A stretch of 63,492 bases of DNA, counting the filler, from Phoronis australis (taxonomy: Eukaryota; Animalia; Phoronida): the NCBI GenBank assembly GCA_002633005.1. It is 8 parts of 8 records of this genome, joined end to end, with 100 filler letters (N's around TTAATTAATTAA, not from the genome) between each part and the next. Parts side by side here need not be neighbours in the genome. Positions count along the whole stretch, not along the records: positions 1 to 12,940 come from NMRA01001610.1; 7 more parts are not named here. One strand, given 5' to 3'. The notes under the pieces were generated by a model. The model was not told the DNA's origin and searched no databases. It worked only from the letters and a program-made list of their open reading frames with translations. The position numbers and the translations under genes were made by a program. Below are positions 1 through 12,064 of this stretch, piece by piece. Each line of letters begins with the position of its first letter. The first letter of the stretch is position 1.

Positions 1-607
1 CTCATGTTAGCGTTCTTAGATAACCAGACCCCCCACAAACACACTGGGAGAGTCCAGCCAGTATTCTGTGCCTCATTAATTCTGTGGGGTGTGCAACATA
101 ATAGGCCAATTACCAAACCAGCAGGGAGCGTTGGATTTTGAGGTAGGCCAAGTGTCATCCCTACAATTCTTGGCAAGACTAGCTAAAAGTTGTTGTGTGA
201 CAGAACGCTGAGTTGATTGCCCCTTTGACAAAAGAAAAAACCTAGAGTCTACAAAAGAATTGTTTACTGGAACAAAAGCAACTCTGCATGGGCCTTTCCA
301 TTCAAATGAAATAAATCAAAATTTGTGTCCCAATAGTTATGACATGGTTAAGCTTGGGTAAAGAGTGAGCTGCCCTGACATCACCATGGGCATAAGAACG
401 ATTGGAGTTTAGGTAGGTCATGTCACAATTTTCTGGGACACCACTGTGGATTACCCTCATGGACATGCAAAACTAAAGAAATCATAGTTATATTATTATA
501 TTTCATTTTATAAATTAATTCCAATTAAAACATGATCGTGACACTTTACAACCATAATAGTTCAAATTTAACAATTTCAAATAGAGTAGCACACACATGA
601 ACAAGTT

Positions 608-703
608 TTTAAAACCGAGCTGAGATGCCTGTGTAGTCTAACGGGATTGAAACCCACAACTTTTCTACTGTGAGGGGCTTGCTATACCACTAGGCAACAC
701 TGT
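608..703 (-). mobile_element. tRNA-derived SINE, degraded copy
   Basis: Minus strand has A-box-like TGCCTAGTGG, B-box-like GGTTTCAATCC, then CTCAGCTCGGTTTTAA shared with the copy at 52.6 kb. Confidence 0.55.
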
Positions 704-894
704 TTTTGAAAAGGCGTAAACTATCATTTACAACAAATTTGTTCTCAATGTTACATCTAGTCTGACACGATGATTGATAATAATTAGAGGAGAGAGGTTG
801 CACTTCCTTAAACTACACCCTTTCATGCCACCATCTCAGCTGGCAACCAACTCTTGAGCCACATGTTCACATTGTCTCTAGACTCTCTCCTCTC

Positions 895-1099
895 TCACGA
901 AGCCAATTGACTTTCTTTGTATAGCCGGCTAAACCTTCCCAGTGTCCATATTGGGAACACATTTCTATAACTCGTGTAACTGATTGCACAAGACTTGTTG
1001 AAGACGCCACTAATATTCTCCTGTGGCCAATCGCCATTGGACAACTGACGGCTAATGAGCAGCTGGATACCACGTTCTATCACAGCTAAATCAGGGTAC
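895..1099 (-). CDS. LSS: Lanosterol synthase, last coding exon
   Basis: ttcag acceptor at 1101-1100. Reads [59 protein letters not shown] at 897-895. QW motif and typical oxidosqualene cyclase C-terminus. Confidence 0.96.
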
Positions 1100-1319
1100 C
1101 TGAAGGAATGATTATATCATGATTATGCTAGTATTGTAATTTTATTGTAACACTTCATGACTGTGTCTTTCTACCCCATTTTTGCAACTAAACCAAACCC
1201 TATCACAACGTTCATGTTCTGTTGTTATCATCATTGTCTTATTTTGACTTAGCATGCATAACATTGGTGACTCGTACTGACACTAGTCATTTGAATTGAC
1301 CACCAATACATTTACATAC

Positions 1320-1490
1320 CTGACAGACATCAAGGCTAGCAGTGCCCAGCAGGTGTTGACCACCTGTGATTCTTCAGACTGGACATACTCCCGACGTTCA
1401 CATGACTCAAAATTTTCACCCCATCCACCGTCCTCCATCTGCTTACTGACCAGAAACTGACAGGCTTTCTTCACTACACTGTGAACATCC
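1320..1490 (-). CDS. LSS: Lanosterol synthase exon
   Basis: AG/GT bounded, 171 nt. [58 protein letters not shown] motif; phases match both neighbours. Confidence 0.96.
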
Positions 1491-1862
1491 CTGTGGAAAC
1501 AAATAGACAGTCATGTCATCAGCAAAATATTGTTGTCACGACAACACACGAAGTGTTGGTGATAGGTTATTAGTACTTAAAATACTTAAGGCCAAGGTTT
1601 CACTGATTGAATTATACCAAGTATATTATAATTACTGGCGCAAACAGCAGAGCAGGTTACAGCCCCTCTTGTCATTGCTAACACCTGATCTCAACAGTTG
1701 CTATGCTTCATTGCTCAGCTGATCCACTACGTTAAGCCCTTCCTTCAGAATGTTGTTGAACACTTTTAGTAAACTACTGCCTAATATAAACTACCATCCC
1801 CGTATGCGTAGAATACATACAGACTCTCAACATAAGGTTGCTGGACACAACAAAAGTCTTAC

Positions 1863-1946
1863 CCATCGTCTGCGTACTTGTGACCCATACAACTAAATGC
1901 TTCCAGACCAAACCAAGCACCATATGTAAAACACACACCCCAAGAC
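1863..1946 (-). CDS. LSS: Lanosterol synthase exon
   Basis: 84 nt, gcag/gtaag bounded. [28 protein letters not shown] (conserved WGVCFTYG). Confidence 0.96.
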
Positions 1947-2013
1947 CTGCAAAAATAATTCCACACAAATCCAAAACATGAATAAAAACTTATAAGGAAT
2001 ACCAAATCATTAC

Positions 2014-2882
2014 ACAAGAGCAACGTGGAGTGTTGAAATGCGCCTACGAATGCACCGCAAACAGTGTGCTTCTAGGGTTATTTATTTGGAACATAAAAAT
2101 GGCCAATAGATGACGCAAAATACGTCAAATCCATCCGAAAACTGGTATGTGTCATCAAAGCTATTTATCAAATTTCATAAAAATCCGTCAAGGAACTTCT
2201 GAGAAAACGAGGAAAACAAAAAAATGCCACTAGGGAGGCATCGGTAGTTCAATCCGTCCGAAAGTTGTCATCCTCCCGTCAACTTCATATAAATACACCA
2301 GAAAAATTCAATAAAGATCCAGCAGAGTGTTTAGGAGATACATCCATGGGTGCAAAACCAAACAAAACTGCCACTAGGAGGCGCAACAGTAGTCAAAGTT
2401 GTCGAAAAATCATCGTCAGCCGCCCTCTTCATAGCAAGAACATATATACCAATTTTCAAAATCATCCCTAGAGCGGTTTATTTGATAGAAAGGCAGACGC
2501 CAAAAAACAGACTCGAAAACATTAAAAATGGTCACTAGGTGGCGCAAAGTACTTCAAATCCGTCAGAAAATGGGAGGACAGCATCACCTCACTAATAGAT
2601 GCCTAACCGCCAAATTTTATGAAAATCCGTAGAGGACCTCCGAAGATACAGAGCTAAGCGTAAAAAACTAAAATTGCCACTAGGGGGCACACTGGTAATC
2701 AGAGAGGTCTGAAATTCGATGTCATCCGTCATCAGCTCCATAGAAACACATCTGCCCAATCTCATCAAGATCTTTAGAGAGGTTTAGGAAATACAGCTGC
2801 GGATGCCCAACGTCGGACGCCAGACGCCCGGACAGAGATGACGGCAATATGCGACCTCATTTAAATATTTGGATGCATAAAA
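2014..2882. mobile_element. Non-autonomous Helentron-like (HINE/DINE-1/Pearl-type) element
   Basis: Starts ACAAGAG plus short hairpin and GAAATGCGCC. Internal ~145-160-bp tandem units (GCCACTAGG..., AAATTTCATGAAAATCC), GGAC-type microsatellite remnant, ends GGATGCATAAAA. Colinear with 5806-6901. Confidence 0.7.
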
Positions 2883-2946
2883 ATGCAAGAGCAGGAACAA
2901 CGCAGAGCACTGATATCCATCATTTGCATAGCATGCAGCACAGATA

Positions 2947-4127
2947 CAATAGGCCTTTTGCGAGTTTATAACAATAACGCGAGATTATGTGAGACTTAAC
3001 TGTGACGTCACGGGAAGTGGGGCAAAAGCTTGTCGTTTGGTCATTTGCCCAATACGGTAGCAGAGTGTATTCTGTTACTGTCTTCGAGTTTTTAGCCGTT
3101 TAGTTCGAAAAATGTCCAAAAGCATTGCTGTTATGGCAAATGAACTTCAGATTCGCACTACAATACGTTCTATCGCGTTCTGTACTAATTTCGTCCCGTG
3201 TATTTTAAACGGGCGGTAGGCGAAATCCGCTCACTGGTAAAGTTTTCACCTCGTCGAAAATACATTCTACACCTAAAATTAGCACCTAAAAGGCTCTTAC
3301 TTTCTTCAGTGACTCTTTCTGCTTCTAAGCATATCTTCGATGAAGCATATATACGGGAATTCAGGTGACTTAGGCGAAGAATTCCAACTCCACTTTGTGG
3401 TTACTGTTAACTTTGTCCGCGCGCGCGATTACCACAATCAAGTAGTTCAACTGAGTCAGGTGAGTATGAGGCAAAGGCTAGCGCGAGACTGAGCGAAGCG
3501 CGAGATCTGGCGCGTGACCTGGCGCGTGACACTTGCAAAATAGCATGAGAAAATATCAAGTGAAATTTGTAAGATTTGTGTCCCTTGGACTTTTTGTTCG
3601 TCAACAGGCGTGATTTCACGTAACTTCCTCAAAATGGCGGCTCTTTAGTGAGAGAAACTCGAGAGAACCGCGAGGTTTTCATGAATATGCTCAAGTTATT
3701 TGTAGACTAAATTGTGTCCAGAGTCAGGGTATGTGTTAATTATAACTTCATGTGCACATATGCATGTTTCATTTGATTTTATTTGCTGTATTTTGAAGTG
3801 AATATCTTTTTATGGGGATACACTATCGCCCCTGTATGCCTGCGCCATTCAGGCCTAGAGCGGGTTAAGTTCCAATTTCAGTCCGTTCACAGCTTCGCAC
3901 AACATAACAAGGTCACATTTTCTTCGTCTATTCACAGTTATTCCACGACCCATCTACCATATCTTAAGTTGTTTTAACGTTTTAAGCGTAAAATTCACCA
4001 TAAGAACTCCAGTAAGTTTTAGCGTGTGTAGCAAAGACTCGGGGCAAAACAAGAGCAATATGGCGGGTTTTGCCCCCTTTCCGGTGACGTCACAGTGACT
4101 AGCGAGAAACTCGCAAGTGAGCTATTG
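2947..4127. mobile_element. Non-autonomous TIR DNA transposon, ISL2EU-like
   Basis: Imperfect TIRs: CAATAG..TTGCGAGTTT..CTGTGACGTCAC.GGAA..GGGGCAAAA, mirrored at 4068-4127. AT|AG...CT|AT ends. THAP-like remnant KHCCYGK*TSDSHY at 3120-3161. Further copies at 10.9 and 45 kb. Confidence 0.75.
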
Positions 4128-4269
4128 ATGATCATTAATTAAAATATTCCCACAAGAGGGAGAAAGAGGCACAAAGCAAGTCTTCTGACGTCTGTATTCC
4201 CCTCAAAATGAATACACTTGCCACTTTTCATCATGATTCTTCAAGCAGTTTGGTGGAGGGCGGCAGAAG

Positions 4270-4882
4270 ACATAAAACACTCAAAAATGATCATGTAAAA
4301 AACCACTAGGATGTGCAGCGTAGGTCAAATACGTCCGAAATGAGGTAGGCGCCTTTGTTTCTGTAATGGTAGCTTATTTGCCAAAATTTCATGAACACTC
4401 GTCAATGCACTTAACGGTAGAAATCAAGGCAAATGCAGAGAAAATCCTAATTACATCTAGGGGACTCCACAGATATCAGATCTACACCAAAATCAGTTAA
4501 ATTCAACAATGTGAAAGTCCATCACGAATTTGGAAGTTATTGTTCCACAGGCAAAAAATTGCCAGTAGAATGTGCTTCAGTAGTCGGTAGGTTGCACAGA
4601 ATGCATCAAATTCATCAGCAAAATGGGAAAGTGCCAAATTTCATGAAAATCTATCAAGGAATCTTGAAGATGCACACTCAGGCAAAACGTAAAAAACTAA
4701 AATTGCCACAAGGGGACACAGCAGTAGTCAATTTGTCTGAAATTCGTCATCATTCATCGTGACATTGAAGGAATCCACTTACCAATTTTCACACAAATCC
4801 TGCAAGAGATTTAGGAGATACAGCGATGGACGCCAGACAGAGATGACATCAATATGTGACCACATTACGTGGGTACACAAAA
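4270..4882. mobile_element. Older diverged HINE-family copy
   Basis: Same unit motifs (CCACTAGG, CCAAATTTCATGAAAATC, GGACGCCAGACAGAGATGAC) and a terminal hairpin ending GGGTACACAAAA. Confidence 0.6.
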
Positions 4883-4941
4883 TTCAATCAAATTCATTTT
4901 ATTACCAAAGAATTTCCCACTGCATTCTTGAACGTACTTAC

Positions 4942-5113
4942 CCTTCCCAAGATCCATCTGGTCGTTGTTTTCCAGTTATATAGTCCAATCCATTAGCAAG
5001 AACCTTCTGAATGTCATCTTTACGGTAGTTGCCATGGTGATCCATGAAATGCCTCAACGATTGCATGATGGCAGAGGTGCACTCAACATATGTGTAATCT
5101 ATCATGATATCGC
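4942..5113 (-). CDS. LSS: Lanosterol synthase exon
   Basis: 172 nt. [19 protein letters not shown]...QRPDGSWEG, canonical splice sites. Confidence 0.96.
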
Positions 5114-5619
5114 CTGAAAACAAAAAGCATATCCATGAATATTGTGAAGACGCATTTAATGACCAACGCGAATCATACAACTTGATTGACACAAACACAA
5201 AAGTAATAGCAATGAAATAAAATGGCTAACATTCAATGTAAAATCATGCTAAATCAGAGCACTTTTAAACAAAACAAAAATAAGTCTGATGTCATATGAT
5301 AATTATTTTCAAACAGATATACAAAAATACACAAGAAATGTAACTAATTACATACTCATGAAAGATGTACCCATGCTACCAGTAAAGCAGGATTTTGTTT
5401 ACATTTTGTTGAGAAAGTTGTCAGTGAAAACAAAATCCCATTTTTCTGTCATATCGAGTGCTACAAAAGGTCAGTAATCGGTGAACAGTTGAATTATTCC
5501 ATATGACGATTTTGTCATCATAATCATTATAGTTGCTGTTAGAAACAATGGCTGACATGAATACCACCACAACCATCGCTTAACTTAAGTACTTACCAAA
5601 CTCATTAATAAGTACTTAC

Positions 5620-5719
5620 CAAACACTTCTGAAGGGTTCAACAACTCCAACATATGACCGCCACGCTTCACTTCATAGGTGGCAACACCACCATCATCCT
5701 TGTTTACATAACTTAGTAA
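5620..5719 (-). CDS. LSS: Lanosterol synthase exon
   Basis: 100 nt. [33 protein letters not shown](G), tttcag/gtaagt bounded. Absent from the ORF track. Confidence 0.95.
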
Positions 5720-5805
5720 CTGAAAATAAAAGTAATGAAAATCTTGAGTAACCAGTCTACAATTTTAACATTCCTGTTAATTCGCACATGCAGTCAAACC
5801 ATAAA

Positions 5806-6901
5806 AACAAGAGCAACGCAGAGCGTTGAAATGCGCCCACAATTGCACCGCATACGGTATCCTTCTAGGGTTGTTTATTGGTACCATAAAGTGGCCAGTA
5901 GAGGGCATATATGTAGTATGTTGTACTTTGCAAAATGGAAAGGCATGGTCCTTGTCTCCTCAATATGCTAGGGGCAAAATGTGAGTAATCTTCATAATAC
6001 AAGCACATCCTATACACCAGTTGCTTAAAGCACCACAGAAACATAGAATTAAAAACAAATTTACCAAAATACGAGATTAGCACAGCATTAGAATGCCAGA
6101 AACAAATTTCTACTTGGAACTTTTCCTTCATAGTCACGAAGTAACACAAAGTACACACCTGAAGAAAATACAGAGGTCAATGTAAAATACTAAAATTGCC
6201 ACTAGAGGCAAATACTAAAATTGCCACTAGAGGAATACCGGTAGTCAGAATCATCCTAAAGTCGTCATCGTCCGTTGTCAACATCACATAAATACACTTG
6301 CTAAATTTAGTAAAGATCCTGCAAACGGTTTGGGAGATACAGCCATGGGCGCAAAAAAAAAAAAACTACCACTAGGAGGCGCCACAGTAGTCCAAATCAT
6401 CTGAAAATCATTGTCAGCTGTCTTCCTTATAGTAAGCACATACACGCCAATTTTCACAATCATCCTTTGAGCGGTTTGGTTGATAGAGGGGTGGACGCAA
6501 AAATACAGACTCGAAAACAGTAAAAATGGCCACTAGGTGGCGCAAACTATGTCGAATCCATCTGAAAACAGGAGGATAGCGTCATCTCACTAATAGGTGC
6601 CTACATACCAAATTTCATGAAAATCCGTTAAGGACTTTTGAAGATACAAAGGTAAGCGTAAAAAACTAAAATTGCCACTAGGGGGCACACCGGTAGTCGG
6701 ATCCGTCCGAAAGTTCGCACATGCCGTCCCATTCATGAATGGAACATATGTGCCAAATTTCATGAACGTGTGTCAAAGGGTTTTGGAGATAGAGCAGCGG
6801 ACGCCGGACGCCAGACGGACGCTGCCCGGACGGTCGGACGGACGGACGGACAGAGATGACGGCATAATGTGTCCACATATAAATATGTGGGCGCATAAAA
6901 A
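5806..6901. mobile_element. HINE-family element, best-preserved copy
   Basis: Hairpin CAACGC-AGA-GCGTTG, subterminal inverted ATGCGCCC/GGGCGCAT, tandem units, (GGAC)n at ~6827-6852, terminal hairpin CCACATAT-AA-ATATGTGG, A-run flanks. Confidence 0.75.
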
Positions 6902-6929
6902 TACAGAGGCTTCTAAGACAACGACTTAC

Positions 6930-7079
6930 CACATCAACGGCCTGTTGTAGCCTTTCCTCAGGGACACTTTGTTCAAGGTAGGGGCAGTTTTCTTGTAAGT
7001 ACATGAGGCCTTTCAAACCCTCAGCAGTGCAGTCCCCGACTATCCAACCACAGTCAAGAGTACTGAATGGGAAACCACC
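6930..7079 (-). CDS. LSS: Lanosterol synthase exon with catalytic DCTAE motif
   Basis: 150 nt. [50 protein letters not shown]; aag acceptor, gtaagt donor. Confidence 0.97.
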
Positions 7080-7589
7080 CTTGAAAATAAATTTAAGGTT
7101 ACTTATTACATTAAAGAATTACATAACTGTTTACTGTTAACCACTGTCTTGATAAACCACCAGAACTCAAAGCTACAACAAGCCTGCACAGAGTCAAAGA
7201 AACCAAATTTTGATAAAGACCGCTTGTTTAGTTTATTTTCAAAATTTAGGCTTTGGCCCACGTCTTACATAAAATTTACAGGATAACTCTGAGCAGCTTG
7301 AACCTGAGGGCAATTAGATTAATCTGAGCAGTAGGCTTCAACATTTTCATTCAATAGCTTTATTACAAATTTATGTTTATTTGGTTCATGCCAGCACCAC
7401 TCAGGTATGAATGCAGTTCTCAGAGAACAGTACTTTTTAAAAACACATATGAAATGATATTCATCTTAAATTAGGGACACACAGAAAAAACACACGGCAT
7501 TTTTGGTCCACAAGAGCATGTCTACCTTTCTCTATGATTAAGTTATAATTGGAGCAATGCAATTTAGCCGTAGCTGCTAAAAAGATATG

Positions 7590-8430
7590 TGGAATATCAC
7601 ACAACAGATAAGATTCCATCAAAATCAATTTTAAATGAAGAATATGTATTAAGTTTTGAGCTATTCTCCACAACAAAGCTCCAATCTTGTAAACAACAAT
7701 CTTTAATTCGCTGCTCAAAAATTACAAGAACAGATGATTCGCAGCCAACTCCCTGATTGTGCCATACACATCCAAAATCATAGCTTTGAAGGGAATTCCT
7801 AACAGATGACGCCCAATTTTTCCTACCAGCCTCATCCAATGTGCCAAGCTTGTCATAAACTGATTTTTAGATTTCAGTGTGCTGGCATTTTCAACAATTT
7901 AAACCAATATTTGATCAGTTGCAAACATCTTCACAGTTCACCCAGGACAGCATGATTTGAACAGTTACTTCCAACTCCCAGCAGTTGTTTACAGAATTTC
8001 AATTGGATGCGCTCAACACTAGTATATTCTTTAAATCCCCATAGCTAATGACTGGGCATACCATTTCATCAAAAATCTTGAGTGCAATATGCGGTGAAAT
8101 TAAATCATCCACATTTTGATTGAAGACGTTTAATTGAAAAAATCGCTTTCTGGTGAGACAAAGTTTCCATAGGAGTAAGGCAAATACCCACTCAGGTACT
8201 TATCAATTTTGTCATTTCCAAAATGTCATTTTTCATATTTTCTCAATGGTCTGCCTTTTCTAAATGCCATTATTATTTTTTAAGGTTGACTTTCATACCA
8301 AAATCTTGACAGTATTCATGCAGAATGTTAATTTGTTGCTGTAATTTAAATGCTGTCTCTACACAACCAACCATATCATCAGCGTATAGCAACATATACA
8401 TTCGAGGTACATCCTCATTTAAGACCGCTT
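7590..8430 (-). mobile_element. LINE reverse transcriptase fragment (RTE-X-like), degenerate
   Basis: Minus strand YMLLYADDMVGCVETAFKLQQQINILHEYCQDFGMKVNLKK (YADD near 8375-8386). Downstream NWASSVRNSLQSYDFGCVWHNQGV. Frameshifts and stops present; clade call is from recalled motifs. Confidence 0.8.
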
Positions 8431-8780
8431 GACAACAATAAAATTGGCCTCAAATTGTTCCTTACTCAGATAAGAAGTGATTTTTGGTCTTGCAAAGAGC
8501 TGACAGGTAGTTGTTCCTTGAGACTATAGCCTGGCGAATAAAATGACACGCCGTGACTGAACCTCACTTTCTTAAGCACTAAGTGAACTGCCAGTCTTTT
8601 CCAAGACCAGAAATCATACCTGTGTTGACTAAGGCACAATCTGAGATCAATTTCATTAAGTCTTAAGTACCATACTTTAAATCGTCATACAGATGGGGTA
8701 CAGAATTGGCATAATGTAATCAAAGCACACTATTTAGTCATTCTAAGATTGACAAGATTTAAACTACACTGCTCTACTAC

Positions 8781-8903
8781 CTTGTTAGGATGTCTGTAAT
8801 ATCTTTCATAATCCGTAACATTTTCTTTGATTTGCGTAAAATCTAAGAACTTGTGTACTTCTCTCAAACAGGATTCAAACTCCTTGCTTTCATGGGCACC
8901 AGC
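8781..8903 (-). CDS. LSS: Lanosterol synthase exon
   Basis: 123 nt, phase 0-0. AGAHESKEFESCLREVHKFLDFTQIKENVTDYERYYRHPNK. Confidence 0.93.
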
Positions 8904-9866
8904 CTACAACAGATTCAGAATTAAGTAGTTATTACCCAGAATGCGATGCCAGGTTGACACACATTTTTGGAGTTTTAACAATTTACCGAATTTTCTAGGT
9001 GTCCAAAAATTTTAGAACTTCAAAATCCCACGAAACACAGACTGACAAGAGTAAACACCAGAACAGAATTTTCACCCACTTTCATTAAATTTCCATAAAA
9101 TTTTACGAATCATCATTTTAGTAGACATGCAGTGCGCAAATCATTTGAAGATTATTACAAAATGTACAAAACTGTAATACTAAATAATCCAAGCATAGAT
9201 AAATTTAGCTAAAGTATGCACACACAACAACCAAAGCAAAATTCAAGAAATGCAAATTATTACTTAATATAATTCTAATGATTCTCATAAATTCTTCTTC
9301 TACTTAAAACTTCATGAAAAGATTTCTGCTGCAAACAGATCTACACTGATCTGTTTCATAAATTTACTCTCTGATGATTTCCTTCCAACAAGACTAATGT
9401 CAAGCAACTTCACCAAACTTTTTATGAATTAAGAGTGAAAAGACAAATTCATGGAGGGCTGCAAATTACAAAATATTCCTAGTTAAGGCACGTATCTCAA
9501 TTGGTGAAACTCTGTGTGTGTGTTCTATAAACTGGAACTTGGTTTTAAACTGCTATACAGTAAAAATTCTCTAGTTTGAAATAGGCAACACTAATCATCC
9601 AAATTCACGAATTATGATCATCCTTAATGTTACGCACTAAGAGGAAACATGAAAAGGTTGTGTTGTGAGCTAGTTTTGATGATTTTAGGAATTGCCAAGT
9701 CTATTTTCCGACTCTGTTGATACAAAAATGCTGTGTCCAAAATTTGAGAAAAATAAATGCCAAAATTGACTGCGTTTAATCTTCAGAATCAAAAAATTAA
9801 ATTTCTCCTTCAATTTCCGTGCACCAAATAGACTTCCAAACTAGAGACTTTTTACCTCAAGCGTAC

Positions 9867-9951
9867 CTCAATAAAAGCCTGTACAGCAAATGAAGTGTCC
9901 CACAACTGTGAACCATTAGTTCCTGTCATCTTCATGCCATCCAATCCAATC
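9867..9951 (-). CDS. LSS: Lanosterol synthase exon
   Basis: 85 nt. [28 protein letters not shown] (conserved GTNGSQxWD). Confidence 0.96.
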
Positions 9952-10845
9952 CTGAAATAGTGTACCACAAACAATAATTATTTTCAGAGTAAAATATTTC
10001 ATGTGTTTAGCCTTAACACACTCTCTCAAATCTATATCAAATTAAGTTCATGGATTTATTTGTGAGTTTTTAGTTGACAGTTTTGTTGATGGAGCAAAGA
10101 TTAGAAACAATTGCATTGCATTGTAATGTTGGTTGAAGACCAGTGATATTATGTTTTTGAGTAACTAACTTACAATTTTAAGGACATGATCTTAAAGGCA
10201 AGTGTTCTTGGCAAAGAAAAAGCGTACAGCAAATTAATATTCACAATCAAAATTGATTTTATGGTAATTGTCAACCTTCGTTAAGTCCTTTTGAGTTTCA
10301 CCAAATAACTTTTCAACTGCTCATTGTCAACTGATAAACAAATAAATTTCTAAAATACCTATCAAACTAAAAATGGATATATTGGTGCCATCAAAATCCT
10401 GTTAAAAAAGTGAAGTCTTCATTTTTTGACAGAAGATATTTTTGTTAAATTGGAATTTTAATAAAAAAATCTGACACACGGTGTCTGTACAACAGCCATA
10501 AAATGAGAGTGCAAAATTAAAACTTTGCACAAATTGATCCACCAGCTGAAGAGTGATTAATGTTCAAAACTGCCAAAAGCAGAAAAATCAAACAGTCAGA
10601 AAATGGCATCAAAGGATTTTGGTTCACTGAAGTTGTAGCAATGAAAAGTAAATAAATATGCAATTTCACACAATATCTGAATATTGTTGATACAATGTTT
10701 GCAAATTGCATTTGTAAGAAACAACTGCCATCTGATGAATGTTGGCAAATACCTTCTAAGAGAAACCCGACCATATGTAAAAAGTAAAAAGTGTCAACAA
10801 GGAATAATGGCATTAAGTACTTTGACTTAAGATGTCACCACTCAC

Positions 10846-10866
10846 CACAGGTAGTCCTGTACTCTC
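10846..10866 (-). CDS. LSS: Lanosterol synthase exon, 5'-truncated at assembly N
   Basis: RVQDYL(W) then gtgagt donor; tg+g completes W with the next exon. Cut by N at 10867. Confidence 0.85.
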
Positions 10867-10867
10867 N

Positions 10868-12060
10868 AAACGGGCGGTAGGCGAAATCCCATGCGCTCAC
10901 TGATAAAGTTTTCACCTCGTCGAAAATACATTCTACACCTAAAGTTAGCACCTAAAAGGCTCTTACTTTCTTCAGTGACTCTTTCTGCTTCTAAACATAT
11001 CTTAGATGAAGCATATATACGGGAATTCAGGTGACTTAGGCGAAGAATTCCAACTCCACTTTGTGGTTACTGTTAACTTTGTCCGCGTGCGCGATTACCA
11101 CAATCAAGTATTTCAACTGAGTCAGGTGAGTATGAGGCAAAGGCTAGCGCGAGACTGAGCGAAGCGCGAGATCTGGCGCGTGACCTGGCGCGTGACTCTT
11201 GCAAAATAGCATGAGAAAATATTAAGTGAGATTTGTGTCCCTTGGACTTTTAGTTCGTCAACAGGTGTGATTTCACGTAACTTCCTCAAAATGGCGGCTC
11301 TTTAGTGAGAGAAACTCGAGAGGACCGCGAGGTTTTCATGAATATGCTCAAGTTATTTGTAGACTAAATTGTGTCCAGAGTCAGGGTATGTGTTAATTAT
11401 AACTTCTTGTGCACATATGCATGTTTCATTTGATTTTATTTGCTGTATTTTGAAGTGAATATCTTTTTATGGGGATACACTATNATAACTTCCTCAAAAT
11501 GGCGGCTCTTTAGTGAGAGAAACTCGAGAACCGCGAGCTTTTCATGAATATGCTCAACTTATTTGTAGACTAAATTGTGTCCAGAGTCAGGGTATGTGTT
11601 AATTATAACTTCATGTGCACATATGCATGTTTCATTTGATTTACCGGTATTTGCTGTATTTTGAAGTAAATATCTTTTTATGGGGATACACTATCGCCCC
11701 TGTATGCCTGCGCCATTCAGGCCTAGAGCGGTTTAAGTTCCAATTTCAGTCCGTTCACAGCTTCGCACAACATAACAAGGTCACATTTTCTTCGTCTATT
11801 CACAGTTATTCCACGACCCATCTACCATATCTTAAGTTGTTTTAACGTTTTAAGCATAAAATTCACCATAAGAACTCCAGTAAGTTTTAGCGTGTGTAGC
11901 AAAGACTCGGGGCAAAACAAGANAAATTCACCATAAGAACTCCAGTAAGTTTTAGCGTGTGTAGCAAAGACTCGGGGCAAAACAAGAGCAATATGGCGGG
12001 TTTTGCCCCCTTTCCGGTGACGTCACAGTGACTAGCGAGAAACTCGCAAGTGAGCTATTG
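10868..12060. mobile_element. Second, near-identical copy of the 2947-4127 element (left end missing; redundant overlaps at Ns 11484 and 11923)
   Basis: Matches ~3207-4127 almost base for base; ends GAGCTATTG. Confidence 0.85.
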
Positions 12061-12064
12061 CTAG

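Noticed and set aside
11485-11982. Tandem duplications inside the second MITE copy
   Set aside because: Each duplicate begins right after a single N, so these are redundant contig overlaps.
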